A stretch of DNA of 64,000 bases from Tubiluchus corallicola (lineage: Eukaryota; Animalia; Priapulida). The stretch is from NCBI GenBank assembly GCA_030141605.1, contig JAQGDQ010000689.1, positions 47,979-111,978 of the forward strand. Reading direction: 5' to 3'. The notes under the pieces were generated by a model, which worked only from the letters and a program-made list of their open reading frames with translations, had not been told where the DNA came from and searched no databases. The translations under genes and the position numbers were made by a program. This document shows, one piece after another, positions 24,582-48,866 of the stretch (positions within the stretch are counted from its first letter, which is position 1; every line of letters begins with the position of its first letter).

Positions 24582-27107
24582 GTTATTATTATTATTGGAA
24601 ATTCGTCTAATCTCACTTGTCAAAAATTCTAGTAAACACAACAAGAAATATGATTTTGGACAACAATTTCAGCCTGATCTTTCCCCTGTAAAGCGCAATG
24701 ATAAAAAAATGTATTTTTCAGCTTCTTTATATTGGAAATTCATCTAATCTCACTTGTCAAAAATTTGGGTAAATATGATTGAACTTTCTTCTCCCTTCCT
24801 GACTGTGTTTATTTTATATGTTTTTTTAGAGTACAGATGGCAGCAGCAGTTTAGAACGTGTAGAGACTGATGGTGAAAAGCCTCTTGCTCAGACAGAGAA
24901 ATCAGATCAAGGTTTGAATTTTTATGTTGACAGGTGTTGACGGTTACACGGTTAATGAATGTAGTTAACCCTTTCAGTCCCAAATTATGTGTTTAATAAG
25001 GAAAATTTTTTGGCTTGGTACTTTTGTTCAGTATGTCCATCTTGTTTACACATAATAATTTTTTTTTTCTACCTGTGCCCGCGTGCTAAATATAGCCTGT
25101 ATCCCACGGGATACATTGGGATTCAATGGAAGCATAAAATGCGCTTCATTTTGCAACTGTTGATAATTTTTTAATGTATTTAAGACATTTAGTATGCATG
25201 CTATACTGATCTGTACAAAGTCGTCTCTAAAGTACTGTACCTTGCACAGTTTTTTATGCTATGTAGATTTTCTAGTTTGCCATTTTATCACCATATTTAG
25301 TCTATTGTTATTGGCTTAAATCAAAATGACTATTAACAGATCAAATAACTGCCAATTTTATTAATTTTAAAGGCAGAAAATATTCTCGTATCCCACGGGA
25401 TACAACGGGTATGAAAGGGTTAAACACAACATTAGAATAACGGAACTTCTGAGTGAACTGTAGAAATTTGCAACAACGACAGCTTGCCTTCACGGCGTTC
25501 TTGCTGCCCAGCATACATCAGCTTACGTCATTTTTTTTTCAAATATGCCGGCAGCCACTGTATATTAAAATGCAATGCAAAATGTTATTCGAGGATTGGC
25601 TTTTTCTTCAAATGTTCCTTCCTCACTCCTGGCTGTATTGATTCAGTGGCTTATCCTGCTTTACTTAAAGGAAGACAGGATGATTTTTCATATACTATCC
25701 CATTTTTAAAAAATTCCCGTATTTGAAAAAAATGATGTAAGCTGATGGCTGGTGTACATGGGCGAGACAGCCAAGGGCAAATAGGTTACCTCCTTGTGGG
25801 GACATTCAAACTGAGAAACACGTTGTACAGACACGCCCCCTAACATCAAATATGAGAAACTGCTACGACAATGTAACCTTTGCTGATGTAACTCACTTCT
25901 TTGAGCACACTAATTGTTATATAATCAGTTATGAAGTTTTGCAACTTTTATGCTGATGTACCTTGTATGCATAACACTGTTTTTAATGCTATAACCTTGA
26001 GTAGGAAATGTACGTAAAGTGACATTTGGACTAAAATCACTAATGTATCGACTGTGGCATTTACCTCGTTCCTCGTGTATACATGTATCTTGTTTTAGTC
26101 AATAAACTACATACATACATACAACGTGAATGCTGTGAACACAAGCTGTGGTGAAGGTACAATGCGGGAAACCTTTACTAGTCACTCAGAAGTTCTGTTA
26201 TTCTGGCATTGTGTTTATTTGTATTTTTTATACAAAAATTAGTCATTGGTTCAAATTTAAAGCGGTTACACAGCCTTAACCTGTAGGATTAGAGTTTAAA
26301 ATGTGTAAGTAGTGTTCATTAAGTTTGTCCAGTACATTTTACCTACGGTCTACCTCAGATATAAGGGACACCTCCAGACCGGAAAAAATCGTCCCTTATA
26401 CCCGATGTTCCTTATAGCCGAAGTTGAGTCAGACCGAGGGTGTATCTAGACCTGTACTTTTCTGTACTTTTACCCATATTTTTATGGATTATTGCTACAC
26501 ATTCAGTGTAAACGGTATGCAGGAAGCTCCTTCAGTGATGCGAGATGTATGTGACTGCGGAAACCGAGCTGTTCGAAGGCCGAGTTTGAGAAAAATTGAG
26601 GTTAAAAATTGATCAATTTCGCTTTGATCATAAGGTCCCTTACAGGTAATTTGCCGGGGTTTCTATTACGCGGGACCTGAAGATATCGTCCCATCTCCAA
26701 GTACCTTATATACAAAGCTTTTTACATAGGACAAACGTTATGAGAAATCTGGACCGGTGTTGGCCGTCCCTTATCAGCGAGTACCTTATACCCGAGGTTG
26801 AGTGTATATAAATGGTAAAATAAACTTGAACTTGAACTTGAACCTTATTGGACCTAGTTTCGGAAGTGTCTTCATTAGCGAAATATTTATTTAAATATCG
26901 TTTTTTATTGTTTAGGATAATTTGCTGTTTTTTGTAGATGCAAAGGAACCGGAGGCGGAGGAGTCGAGCCCAGAACCAAGAGAGCGGAACGGCGAGAGAT
27001 CAAGAACACCGAGTCCGGAAGATCGCACGGATGACAAGGGCGAAAAGAGCGACAAGAGCGAGGCCTCCTCTTTTGAGGATCTCGGTCAAGAGGGAGCAGA
27101 CGTGTAG
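19298..27107 (+). CDS. TEX264: TEX264 (ER-phagy receptor; TM + GyrI-like domain + C-terminal LIR), complete copy 2, 5 exons, ~310 aa
   Basis: Exons 19298..19558, 19932..20153, 21566..21763, 24830..24911, 26938..27107 total 933 nt with consistent phases (0,0,0,1). Introns 1-2 use GC donors. The C-terminal SSFEDL matches the TEX264 LIR motif (SSFEEL in human). Confidence 0.88.
21990..22860. repeat. Minisatellite, 62-63-bp unit, ~14 copies, two interleaved variants
   Basis: Recurring tgtagaagtgttttcatgtgtg..taatgcgt..cattacaac in TEX264 intron 3. Confidence 0.9.
23031..23430. repeat. 133-bp tandem repeat, 3 copies
   Basis: aggagacacctgttct at 23031, 23164, 23297. Confidence 0.9.
24535..24597. 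repeat. (TTA)n microsatellite
   Basis: Read directly from the sequence. Confidence 0.95.
24969..25419. mobile_element. piggyBac-like MITE
   Basis: ttaa|ccctttca ... tgaaaggg|ttaa; repeated internal palindrome gtatcccacgggatac. Confidence 0.8.
26346..26804. mobile_element. Tc1/mariner (pogo/Tigger-like) MITE
   Basis: TA-flanked imperfect TIRs cggtctacctcagatataagg / ccttatacccgaggttgagtg. Confidence 0.65.
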
Positions 27108-27506
27108 TGTAAAATTTAGGGTGTGAAATTTTAAGTGATTTACAAAGTCTCGCCTACAAAATGTTTCCTCTTCACCGCGAAGATGTTTTTTAAATCAGCT
27201 GTCGTTAATTATAAGAATCTGACAGCTTTTTTGATCGGAATGGTTGGCATCTTTTACACTGCAGGTATTTACAGAATTTGCAGACAGCTTTTATACATAT
27301 AAATCATCTTTGTTCACATATAATGATTGCATTACGTGTAATACAATAGGGTAAGTAGTGCTATTTACGTTGGTTTATACATTATTTTGTTAGTAGCAAA
27401 TACAGCATTTCATTAATGTCATTAACTGTGAAACCTTTAGTTATGTATTCATTATGCAAAGTCCAGAACAGAATGTACGCTATTATGTTAGCAAGTCCTT
27501 AAGAAT

Positions 27507-28002
27507 CAGGGATGAGAATGACAAATTGCAAAAAACTCTGAAACAGGCCGGGGGGTTTGGGGCCACCTAGGCCCCCAATGGGGTTCAAGGAAGCCCCCTT
27601 GGAGGCAGCAACAAATTGCAATTTTGTGACTTAAAATATCAATTACCTTGTTTCATGCATAATTTAAAATACCCAACTATCAAGGATACATGATACCTAA
27701 TTGTCTCAAAAACGCCTAAGTACTGGCCGCTCCTATGCAAAAGTATATAAAAACTGTCTGCAATTGACTCAAATAACTCCGCACAACTGATTCTATATTT
27801 TTACGCATAGAGATATACACGTGGTTACACTGATGTACGTGATGTAAACAAAGTGACGGCCTGCCAACTAGCGGTCAGCTTGTGAAATAATGTAGGGGTG
27901 CGTAAAAATTTTCTCAATGAATTTACGCGATTTACAAAAATGGCACTACTGGTCGTCCAAAAACTCGGAATTCCGCGTATCCGCGGAAAATTCTCATCCC
28001 TG
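27507..28002. mobile_element. hAT-like MITE with 6-bp TSD, copy A
   Basis: TIRs cagggatgagaat / ttctcatccctg; TSD aagaat; second copy at 32780-33308. Confidence 0.85.
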
Positions 28003-28152
28003 AAGAATAAGTATGGTGGTTCAAGTGCGCTGCAATACGGTTTCTGCATTTGTGATTGTTTATAATTACTGCAGTTTAGCTGAAAGTAAGTGGTAGTACT
28101 TTTTTACCATATGCAGTCAAATTGTGTAATTTATTATACGCTACTGTATAAC

Positions 28153-28603
28153 CAGGGCCGGCCTTAGGTAATTGGAGGCCCTAGGCGAAGTGAATTTGGT
28201 GGCCCCAAATGAAATAGAAAAATAAAAAATAAATACGAAAAAAATAAAATTACGCAATTTATTAAAAACTACCTGTATTTATATCTAAATCAACAAATAA
28301 CTGAAATTTATACAAACAAGTTCGTGCAGATGTCATAAACCTTCAACAAAAATCAACTTTTCGTGCTTTGATAGCAGCAAAAAAGCGGTAGTGTCCTCTA
28401 TTGTCTAAAATAGATGATACACAAGCTAGAAAACATTCATGGCCAAATAACGCACAAAATTCTCAAAAAAGAGAGAGAGGGAGAGGGAGTGAGGAGGCAG
28501 TATGTTCGCATAAAGCAAAAAAATGTTACCTCAGCGTGAGGCCCCCCTGGAGGGTGAGGCCCTAGGCGGTTGCCTAGTTTGCCTATGCTTAAGGCCAGCC
28601 CTG
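28153..28603. mobile_element. hAT-like MITE
   Basis: TIRs cagggccggcctta / taaggccagccctg; flanking direct repeat gtataac. Confidence 0.8.
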
Positions 28604-29243
28604 GTATAACTTAAACACTATTCTAAGAAATTAGTGTTGTTATTAGTTGTACTTGAGCAGTTGCACAAGTGAAAGATGGAATGATTAGGAACAGTAAAGA
28701 TTTTTAACGGTGCACTCATCATTCTGTTCATCGCGTTATAAAAAGTATTGCCATTGTGTTTTCTTATATGTCATACTGCTTTTATGGATGAATACTGCAG
28801 TTCGTGATCATAAGAGATGCAGTTCACGATCATGCTTATCAACGTACAGCGCCTATTTGTTGGCCACGCGGATGCGACAAAAAGGTGCTGCTGCCAGCCT
28901 TAGTAGATTCGCTGAGTCGCGTGTAGCTTTGAAAGCTTAACAAAATTTAACTATGGAGGTAATTATTATTTAACCTAAGCTTTATTTTAAAAACGCTATT
29001 GTAGTTTTCAATATTGTATGCTTTATTTTGAACGAATGTCTACACAATCGTCCAATTTGCTTTTAAAATTAGAATTTGTAGGCTTCTTCGCTTTAGCATT
29101 ATTGTTTGTGAACCATGTTAATCAACGAAATTTGCCAATTAAGCTAGGAAGTATTACATACATTATATATTGATGAACGGTTTCTTCCTAATTATTGTCG
29201 ATATTGTATCTATGCCATCTCAATCATGATTTTGTATATTAAT

Positions 29244-29713
29244 TAGCGTTGCTACGGATATCCGATTTGTATCCGAAAATGGTGATATTCGCGAGATTCT
29301 GCAGGCATTCGTATCCGATATTATCTGGTAGTTATAAAAATTTGATATTCGCAAATATCCGCTATCCGGTTTTCGTAATGTGCAACTGAAAATGGTTTTT
29401 GAATAATTTAACAGCCGAAAATAAATAAATAAAATATTACCAAACAACCTTTATCCTATGTTTGCATTTTCAAGATGAAAATTTTACATCTTTTTGTGTG
29501 TGGTAATATGGTGTATCTTCAGTCTAGGTCCTTTAAAATGATAGGCTAAACGAAAACGCTAAAGTTTGCAGATGGTAACTAAATTTTCATTATCCAAACT
29601 GATCCGCATATTCGATCCGAACTTAGCTAACCTATCCCGGTTATAATTCGAATCCAGAAGTCAATTTGAGGAAATGTTCGATGATATCCGGTATTCGCTA
29701 TCGTAGCAAAAAA
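29244..29713. mobile_element. Degenerate hAT-like MITE
   Basis: tagcgttgctac / tagagcaacacta termini; many internal tatccg motifs. Confidence 0.5.
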
Positions 29714-29886
29714 GTGTATCTAGAGCAACACTAGTGTTAATTCATAATATGGCGAGTTTTATTAAGTAATTTAGGGCAGTTTTGCTAGTTTTTTTATTTG
29801 TATAGGGAATCTGTGGCATTTGAAAATGTTCGTCCTGATTTATATGCTGTAATACTGAAGCCAAACCGTTTCACTAATTTTGCTTA

Positions 29887-30314
29887 CCGTATATACTCGC
29901 ATATAAGCCGAATTTAGAACTATAAAATACAATACTGAAATCAGGGGGTCGGCTTATATGCGCATGAAACAAAATGAACACAAGGACAGACACTAATGCC
30001 AATTTTCCAGCCACACATTTTCATCGCTATCTGACTCTTTATTTGGTTGTGTGTCACCCAATGTATAATTTCTTATAGTATGTAACATAAAAGTAAGCAT
30101 TTTACATCTTTATAGTAAAAGATTTCTATGAACCAAAAATACCCAATTAACAAAATGTGACAAAAAGGGATCAATTTTGTTGATTGGGTATGGAGTAAAA
30201 TTAGACAAGTTGATGGTCGGCTTATATACGGGTTTTTGCAAAAACTGGCCATTTTAAAGCACTTTTAGGGGGTCGGCTTATATGCGATGTAGGCTTATAT
30301 GCGAGTATATACGG
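29887..30314. mobile_element. Tc1/mariner (pogo-like) MITE
   Basis: TIRs ccgtatatactcgcatataagcc / ggcttatatgcgagtatatacgg, TA TSD. Confidence 0.9.
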
Positions 30315-30495
30315 TAGTTTATTTGCAAATAATGTTTTGGTATTTTGGTAATATTGTTTGGCATGATTATTGATGGGAGCTAGTCATCGCGTTATGAAAC
30401 GGCGATAGTATCTGTCTGAGTTTCATTCAACTTGGAAAAAGTTACTAATAATAGTAACTTGTTTCTTTGTAGAAACACTGGTGCTCACTGATCAC

Positions 30496-30884
30496 TAGGA
30501 GTGAGCATTCTCTACCAGAAAGCGAAGGTAGATTTGTGACTTTCGAATTCGAATCGAACTGAACTGCAGTGTTTCGAATTCGAATTGAGATTGAACGATT
30601 TTCGAACTAGTTTTCGAACCACCAGTAAAAATTAGTCTTAAAATCACAAAAATGTGTATCACTCGATTTTGCTCTGCAATAAAACGACTAGTAATTTCTG
30701 TAAAATTGTGCGAAGAAATCACAGCTAAATTATGATAATTGCATGATGTTTCAATCGTTTTAGTGATAAAAAAAATGTGTGATTGAAGTGCTGAATTATT
30801 CGAATCTATAGTTTTGGATTAGAATCGAGTACGAACTAAAAAAACTCGTTCGAATCGAATTCGAGCGTGCGATGCTCACCCCTA
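30496..30884. mobile_element. hAT-type MITE (related inverted, degenerate copy at ~31140-31503)
   Basis: TIRs taggagtgagcat / atgctcaccccta; 8-bp TSD ctgatcac. Confidence 0.85.
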
Positions 30885-32779
30885 CTGATCACACATTCAC
30901 ACCTCATTTCCTCTTACACAGCATCTATCAGAAAAAGCTAAGCTTGGATAGATTGACCTATTTGGCTTCTGTTAACTACTAAATTAGTGCATAATGTGCT
31001 TTGTCTATATAAACTGGTTGTATGTTTGTAAATTTACCACTGATGACGACAGCAGTAGCTCTGTCGAAACTTTTGACATGATTTTTGCCTTTCTGTTTGA
31101 TTTTCAATCAACCTTTATATAGCAGGTTTGCATTTTGCAATGGGAGTGACCATCGAACGTTCGAATCGAATGAATTTTTTAATTCGAATTCGATTGGAAA
31201 CTGAAATTATGGATACTAATAATTTAGTATATTATTGAACCACCGCTTGAACTATATACGTTCTTTATCATTAAAATGTTTGAAGCGTCGTGCAATCAGC
31301 AGAATTTAGCTGCGATTTCTGCACACAATTTTTAAACAAATTATTATTTTTGTTGCAGAACAAAATTAAACAATGTGCACGATCTTTACGAGAATTCGTT
31401 CTGTTAATTATTCGAAAATTTTAAAACCGGATTCGAAATATTGAAATTTGCTTTGATTCGAGTTCGAAAGTCGACTCTTTCTGACGGAGAATGCTCGCCC
31501 ATATTTTACATTAATGTCATGGACCACTGTGAATTCGAAGAGATAGATTAAAAATTTTCTGTCGTACAAAGCATCCGCATCTTACAATCATTACGTAATT
31601 TATGGATAAAATTGCGGATGCTGATCAATGGAAAAATTCCCACATGTTATTTCTGAAATGTTTCTGACACATTCTTTTGCTTTCTATGATTTCACTCTGA
31701 CATCTACAGGAAAAAATTCAAAATTTTACACCGACGAGATGCGAGTGTCGTACAGACATTGTTCCGCTTGATAAAAATTGTTATTATGATAACCGTTTTG
31801 CTGCCGTGTGTTAGTTTATTGCGTTACAGGGTGTTGCATAGTCTATAGCTGTTTTGTAAGTATCGCGTTTTCACGATTATATTTTTGTATTTGAGTTTCA
31901 ATGAGCATTTGTGTGTGGAATTCTGTGTAAAAGCCTCTGACTCTGTCAGATAAATGATAAATCTTGAAAATATCTGTGAAGATATACAGCTAGGTAGCCA
32001 TTATATTAGACCAGTTAAAAATTGTTGGCGAAGTTTTATTGGCATTGTTAATGTATCAGGTATATTATTGGTACTGCAGTGTGAATTTTATAGGCAGAAT
32101 TAGAATAAACCTTTTCACAGTTTTCTTGTGCTCATGTGCAGTTGCAGTAGGTCAAAGGTTATGTGTGCCAAGCAAATGCATCTTAACTATAACCGTTACG
32201 TGGAATATGTGTAAAGCAAAGCCGTCTGTAGCTTCATTTTAGTAACTTCACTTGCTTTATGCAGACTTTACTTAATTACATTAGTCTGTGCATAGAGTGA
32301 TTTCCTAGCAGGGTCTTGTTTGAGAAAAAAAAACGAACTAGGTAAGCTTCTAGCTAGCTGTTAAAACTCTTACCATGACAATAGCGTGGGCTGCGAGGCA
32401 CTGTCGAATGTACATCAATACGTAGTCTCGTACACTTTAACCTTTGATCTTTTCATGATCACCATCAATCACTGGAACTGTGAAATGGCTTATTGCTAAA
32501 ATTTAGTCGACCGAGTTAGCACTTGCTGTTGGGAGAATAGCTTTTTTTCATTTTCTGAACAATAATATTGAAAGCACTTCATTGAGTCAGAGCTCAACAC
32601 GAATTTTCTTGCATTTTTCAATGATTGAACAATCGTATACTAAATGTGTTTTACAGATAAGTGTATCTACCTACCAATGTAACGGCACAACATGTGGATA
32701 ATCAATAAAATACATAGTTTATTATTGAAATCAGTGTGTCTGTGATTGGCATTCCATTGTTGACTTAATTAAACATTAG

Positions 32780-33308
32780 CAGGGATGAGAATGACAAATT
32801 GCAAAAAACTCTGAAACAGGCCGGGGGTTTGGGGGCCGCGTAGCCCCCATGGGGGTTCAAGTAGTCCAAGGCGAAGCCCCCTTGGAGCCAGCAACAAATT
32901 GCAATTTTGTGACCATAGATAACCTCTAAGTGGACTTAAAATATCAATTACCTTGTTTCATGCATATTTTAAAATACCCAACTATCAAGGATACATGATA
33001 CCTAATTGTCTCAAAAATGCCTAAGTACTGGCCGCTCCTATGCAAAAGTATATAAAAACTGTCTGCAATTGACTCAAATAACTCCACACAATTGATTCTA
33101 TATTTTTACACATAGAGATATACACGAGGTTACACTGATGTACGTGATGTAAACAAAGTGACGGCCTGCCACCTAGCGGTCAGCTTGTGAAATAATGTAC
33201 TGGGTCCGTAAAAATTTTCTCAGCGAATTTACGCGATTTACAAAATTAGCACCACTGGTCTTCCAAAAACGCGGAATTCCGCGTATCCATGGAATATTCT
33301 CATCTCTG
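32780..33308. mobile_element. hAT-like MITE with 6-bp TSD, copy B
   Basis: Same family as 27507-28002; TSD cattag on both sides. Confidence 0.87.
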
Positions 33309-33358
33309 CATTAGATATGGTGCGAAATGTCTGAAATATTTTATTACAGGCACTTAAA

Positions 33359-33621
33359 ACATTTGTAGTTAAAACACCACAACTTTATTAAAACTCTTAA
33401 TTTACATAGTTAAAAAATCGTGTCAAACGTTTCAACAGATCCACTGCTGTCATCATCAGTGGTAAATTTTTACAACAAGGCCAATATATAAATTGACTGT
33501 ATGTTCGTAAAAATTTACCACTGATGATGACAGCAGTAGCTCTGTCGAAACTTTTGACATGATTTTTGAACTATGTAAATTAAAGTTTTCAATAAAGTTG
33601 TTTTGTTTTAGCTATAAATGT
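33359..33621. mobile_element. Penelope-like inverted-repeat remnant with hammerhead-like cores (third arm at ~31028-31087)
   Basis: Arms 33359-33473 and 33507-33621 are reverse complements; each has CTGATGA-t-gacag..ctgt(c/t)-GAAAC; flanked by direct repeat aaatgtctgaaatat. Confidence 0.6.
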
Positions 33622-34498
33622 CTGAAATATATTTTTTATAGCTCTTACGCCAGCCTATTAGTCTAATCTTAGTCATTATCTTAATCTATATTATGTGGCA
33701 AATTAAAATACATCGGTTTATATTAGATTAACTTTACTTACATTAAAAATACAATAAAATAAAATGTAATACAAAGTGTAAATTTATCAAAATTGGGAGA
33801 GATCATTGAACTAGGGTAATGTTTTATAAACATCTCTTAAAATTGCAAACTTGCAAAAGTTTCGGCTAGCTTTCTACTAAAACAGACAGATTTGATGAAG
33901 TGACAATTTCATAACTGAGATCATTCCATATACTACAAATTCAGTTTGAAAAAATCATAATTATACAAGTTCAAACCTAGAAGAATTGATAAAAAGTTTA
34001 TAGGTATTTTAAAGCAAAATTAAACGCAAAACTAATTAAGCAAACTAATGTACGCTTATAATTGCTTCAGCTAGGAGCCTCGTCTAAGTTTTACCACGTG
34101 CTAGCAGAAACAAACTCACGCAAAGCCTTTTGGGTAATCTCTCTGGCTGTAACTGCGCATTCAGATTAACGAGTTTTCTTTCCAAGTTCAGACTTGAGAG
34201 CAAAACTTGCTGTGAGTTACTCTCCTACAGCAAGCACGAGCTGACACTCGTTTCTCAATTCACTGCGAGAAGTGTGGAGAGTAACTCGCCGAGGTGTTCA
34301 CACTAGACAGTAAATAAGACATGCAGTAACTGTCGGAGAGTTTGCAAATTCCGACAGTACCTTGGAAGGCAGTTCACAGTTGCAAGTTTGCTGTCAGAGA
34401 GAAAACTTGCAGTTAAAGGTTTAAGCCGCAGAATTAAGTGTGGCGTAGTATAGGTGCATCAAAACTGATCTCAGTCTATACTAAGATTTGCTATAAGG

Positions 34499-46979
<12,481 letters not shown>

Positions 46980-47451
46980 GTTTCTTATTTATCTTTGTTT
47001 TGTCCAAAAATAACGTACGATTTTACACACGCCCTGCACAAATTACGCCCACCTGTTTAGACTGTTTATTACAGGTGTAATAAGTGTTACCTGGTAAAGT
47101 AGGCAGGTGAAAACACAACACAATGCAATACTATACAATACAACATTCATTGGAAAGTTGGTCAGACTACGTATTTGCCCCAGTGCCACGTAGGACTGTG
47201 ATAAATAGTAAGTGAGCTTAATTAGCTAACACGTGTCTGGCTAGAAATCACAGTCCAGTGGTAACAACCACAGGCTTAGTAATTAAAGCTTGAACTTCTA
47301 ATTAACATTTATGTATACCAATTTGTTAAATGAGAATAAATACAGCAACAAACATATACGTACAATTTGAAATAAATAAGTTTAAAGGAAAAGCGAACTC
47401 AATCTCTAACTGTAGGTCAAAACAATCTACTCTTTAAAATATTGAAAGGAA

Positions 47452-48452
47452 ACAACACATGCAGGACCAACACATCCATAAAAACACATGCATACCAACA
47501 AATGCACACCAACACATGCATACCAACACATGCATACCAACACATGCATACAAACACATGCATACCAATACATGCATACAAACACATGCAGACCAACACA
47601 TCCATAAAAACACATGCATACCAGCAAATGCACACCAACACATGCACACCAACACATGCATACCAACACATGCATACAAACACATGCATACCAATACATG
47701 CATACCAACACATGCATACCAACACATGCACACCAACACATGCATACCAACACATGCACACCAACACATGCACACCAACACATCCACAAAAACACAGGCA
47801 CCCCAACACATGCACACCAACACGTGCACACCAACACGTGAATACCAACACATGCACACCAACACATGCATACTAACACATGCACACCAACACATGCACA
47901 CCAACACATCCACAAAAACACATGCACACCAACACATGCACACCAACACATGCACACCAACACTTGCATACAAACACATACACAACACATGCATACCAAT
48001 GCATGCATACCAACACATCCATATAAAACACCAACACATGCATACCAACACATGCACACCAACACATCCACAAAAACACATGCACACCAACACATGCACA
48101 CCAACACATGCACACCAACACATGTATACCAACACATGCACACCAACACATGCATACCAACACATGCACACCAACACATTCACACCAACACATCCACAAA
48201 AACACATGCACACCAACACATGCACACCAACACATGCCCACCAACACATGCATACCAACACATGCATACCAACACATGCACACCTACACATCCACAAAAA
48301 CACATGCACACCAACACATGCACACCAACACATGCATACCAACACATGCATACCAACACATGCACACCAACACATGCACACCAACACATGCACACCAACA
48401 CATGCACACCAACACATGCACTCAAACACATGAACTCAAACACATACACACA
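47452..48452. repeat. 14-bp minisatellite (caccaacacatgca)n
   Basis: Read directly; source of many spurious ORFs. Confidence 0.95.
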
Positions 48453-48499
48453 AAAAGCCGAATGATGATCATCTAGAATCGATAATAATAATAATAATA

Positions 48500-48531
<32 letters not shown>

Positions 48532-48866
48532 AACGACGACAAGAGCAACAACGACAACTACAACAGTAACATATAATAATAATAATAATAACAATAGCGA
48601 CAACGACAAACAACAATAATAATAGATCCTGTTACCCATGTGGCACTTTTATTTCCTAATAAGCTTTCCAGCCATTTCCTGGAAGATTCTTGTACACAGC
48701 GCTGCACATCCGGTAAAAGGAAGTAGCCCTATTTCGTCCAATTAAGTTAACGCACATTGTAACTGTACCAGGAAGATATAATGAAGTTTAGAAGTGGCGA
48801 TTTTGCAGAAGAGAAAGAGAAGTAGTTGTCCTTTTGTGGTTGTTCTACAGTACATCTAGAGAAGAC

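Noticed and set aside
26850-26882. Further hammerhead-like remnants (also ~46200-46237)
   Set aside because: Core reads CTAATGA rather than CTGATGA and the stems are incomplete.
26916-26937. Alternative phase-0 acceptor for the last TEX264 exon
   Set aside because: Exon 24830..24911 resolves the phase with the acceptor at 26938; the upstream AG could only be a minor isoform.
47417-48557. Long Cys/His-rich ORFs on both strands
   Set aside because: Translations of a 14-bp minisatellite, open in many frames.
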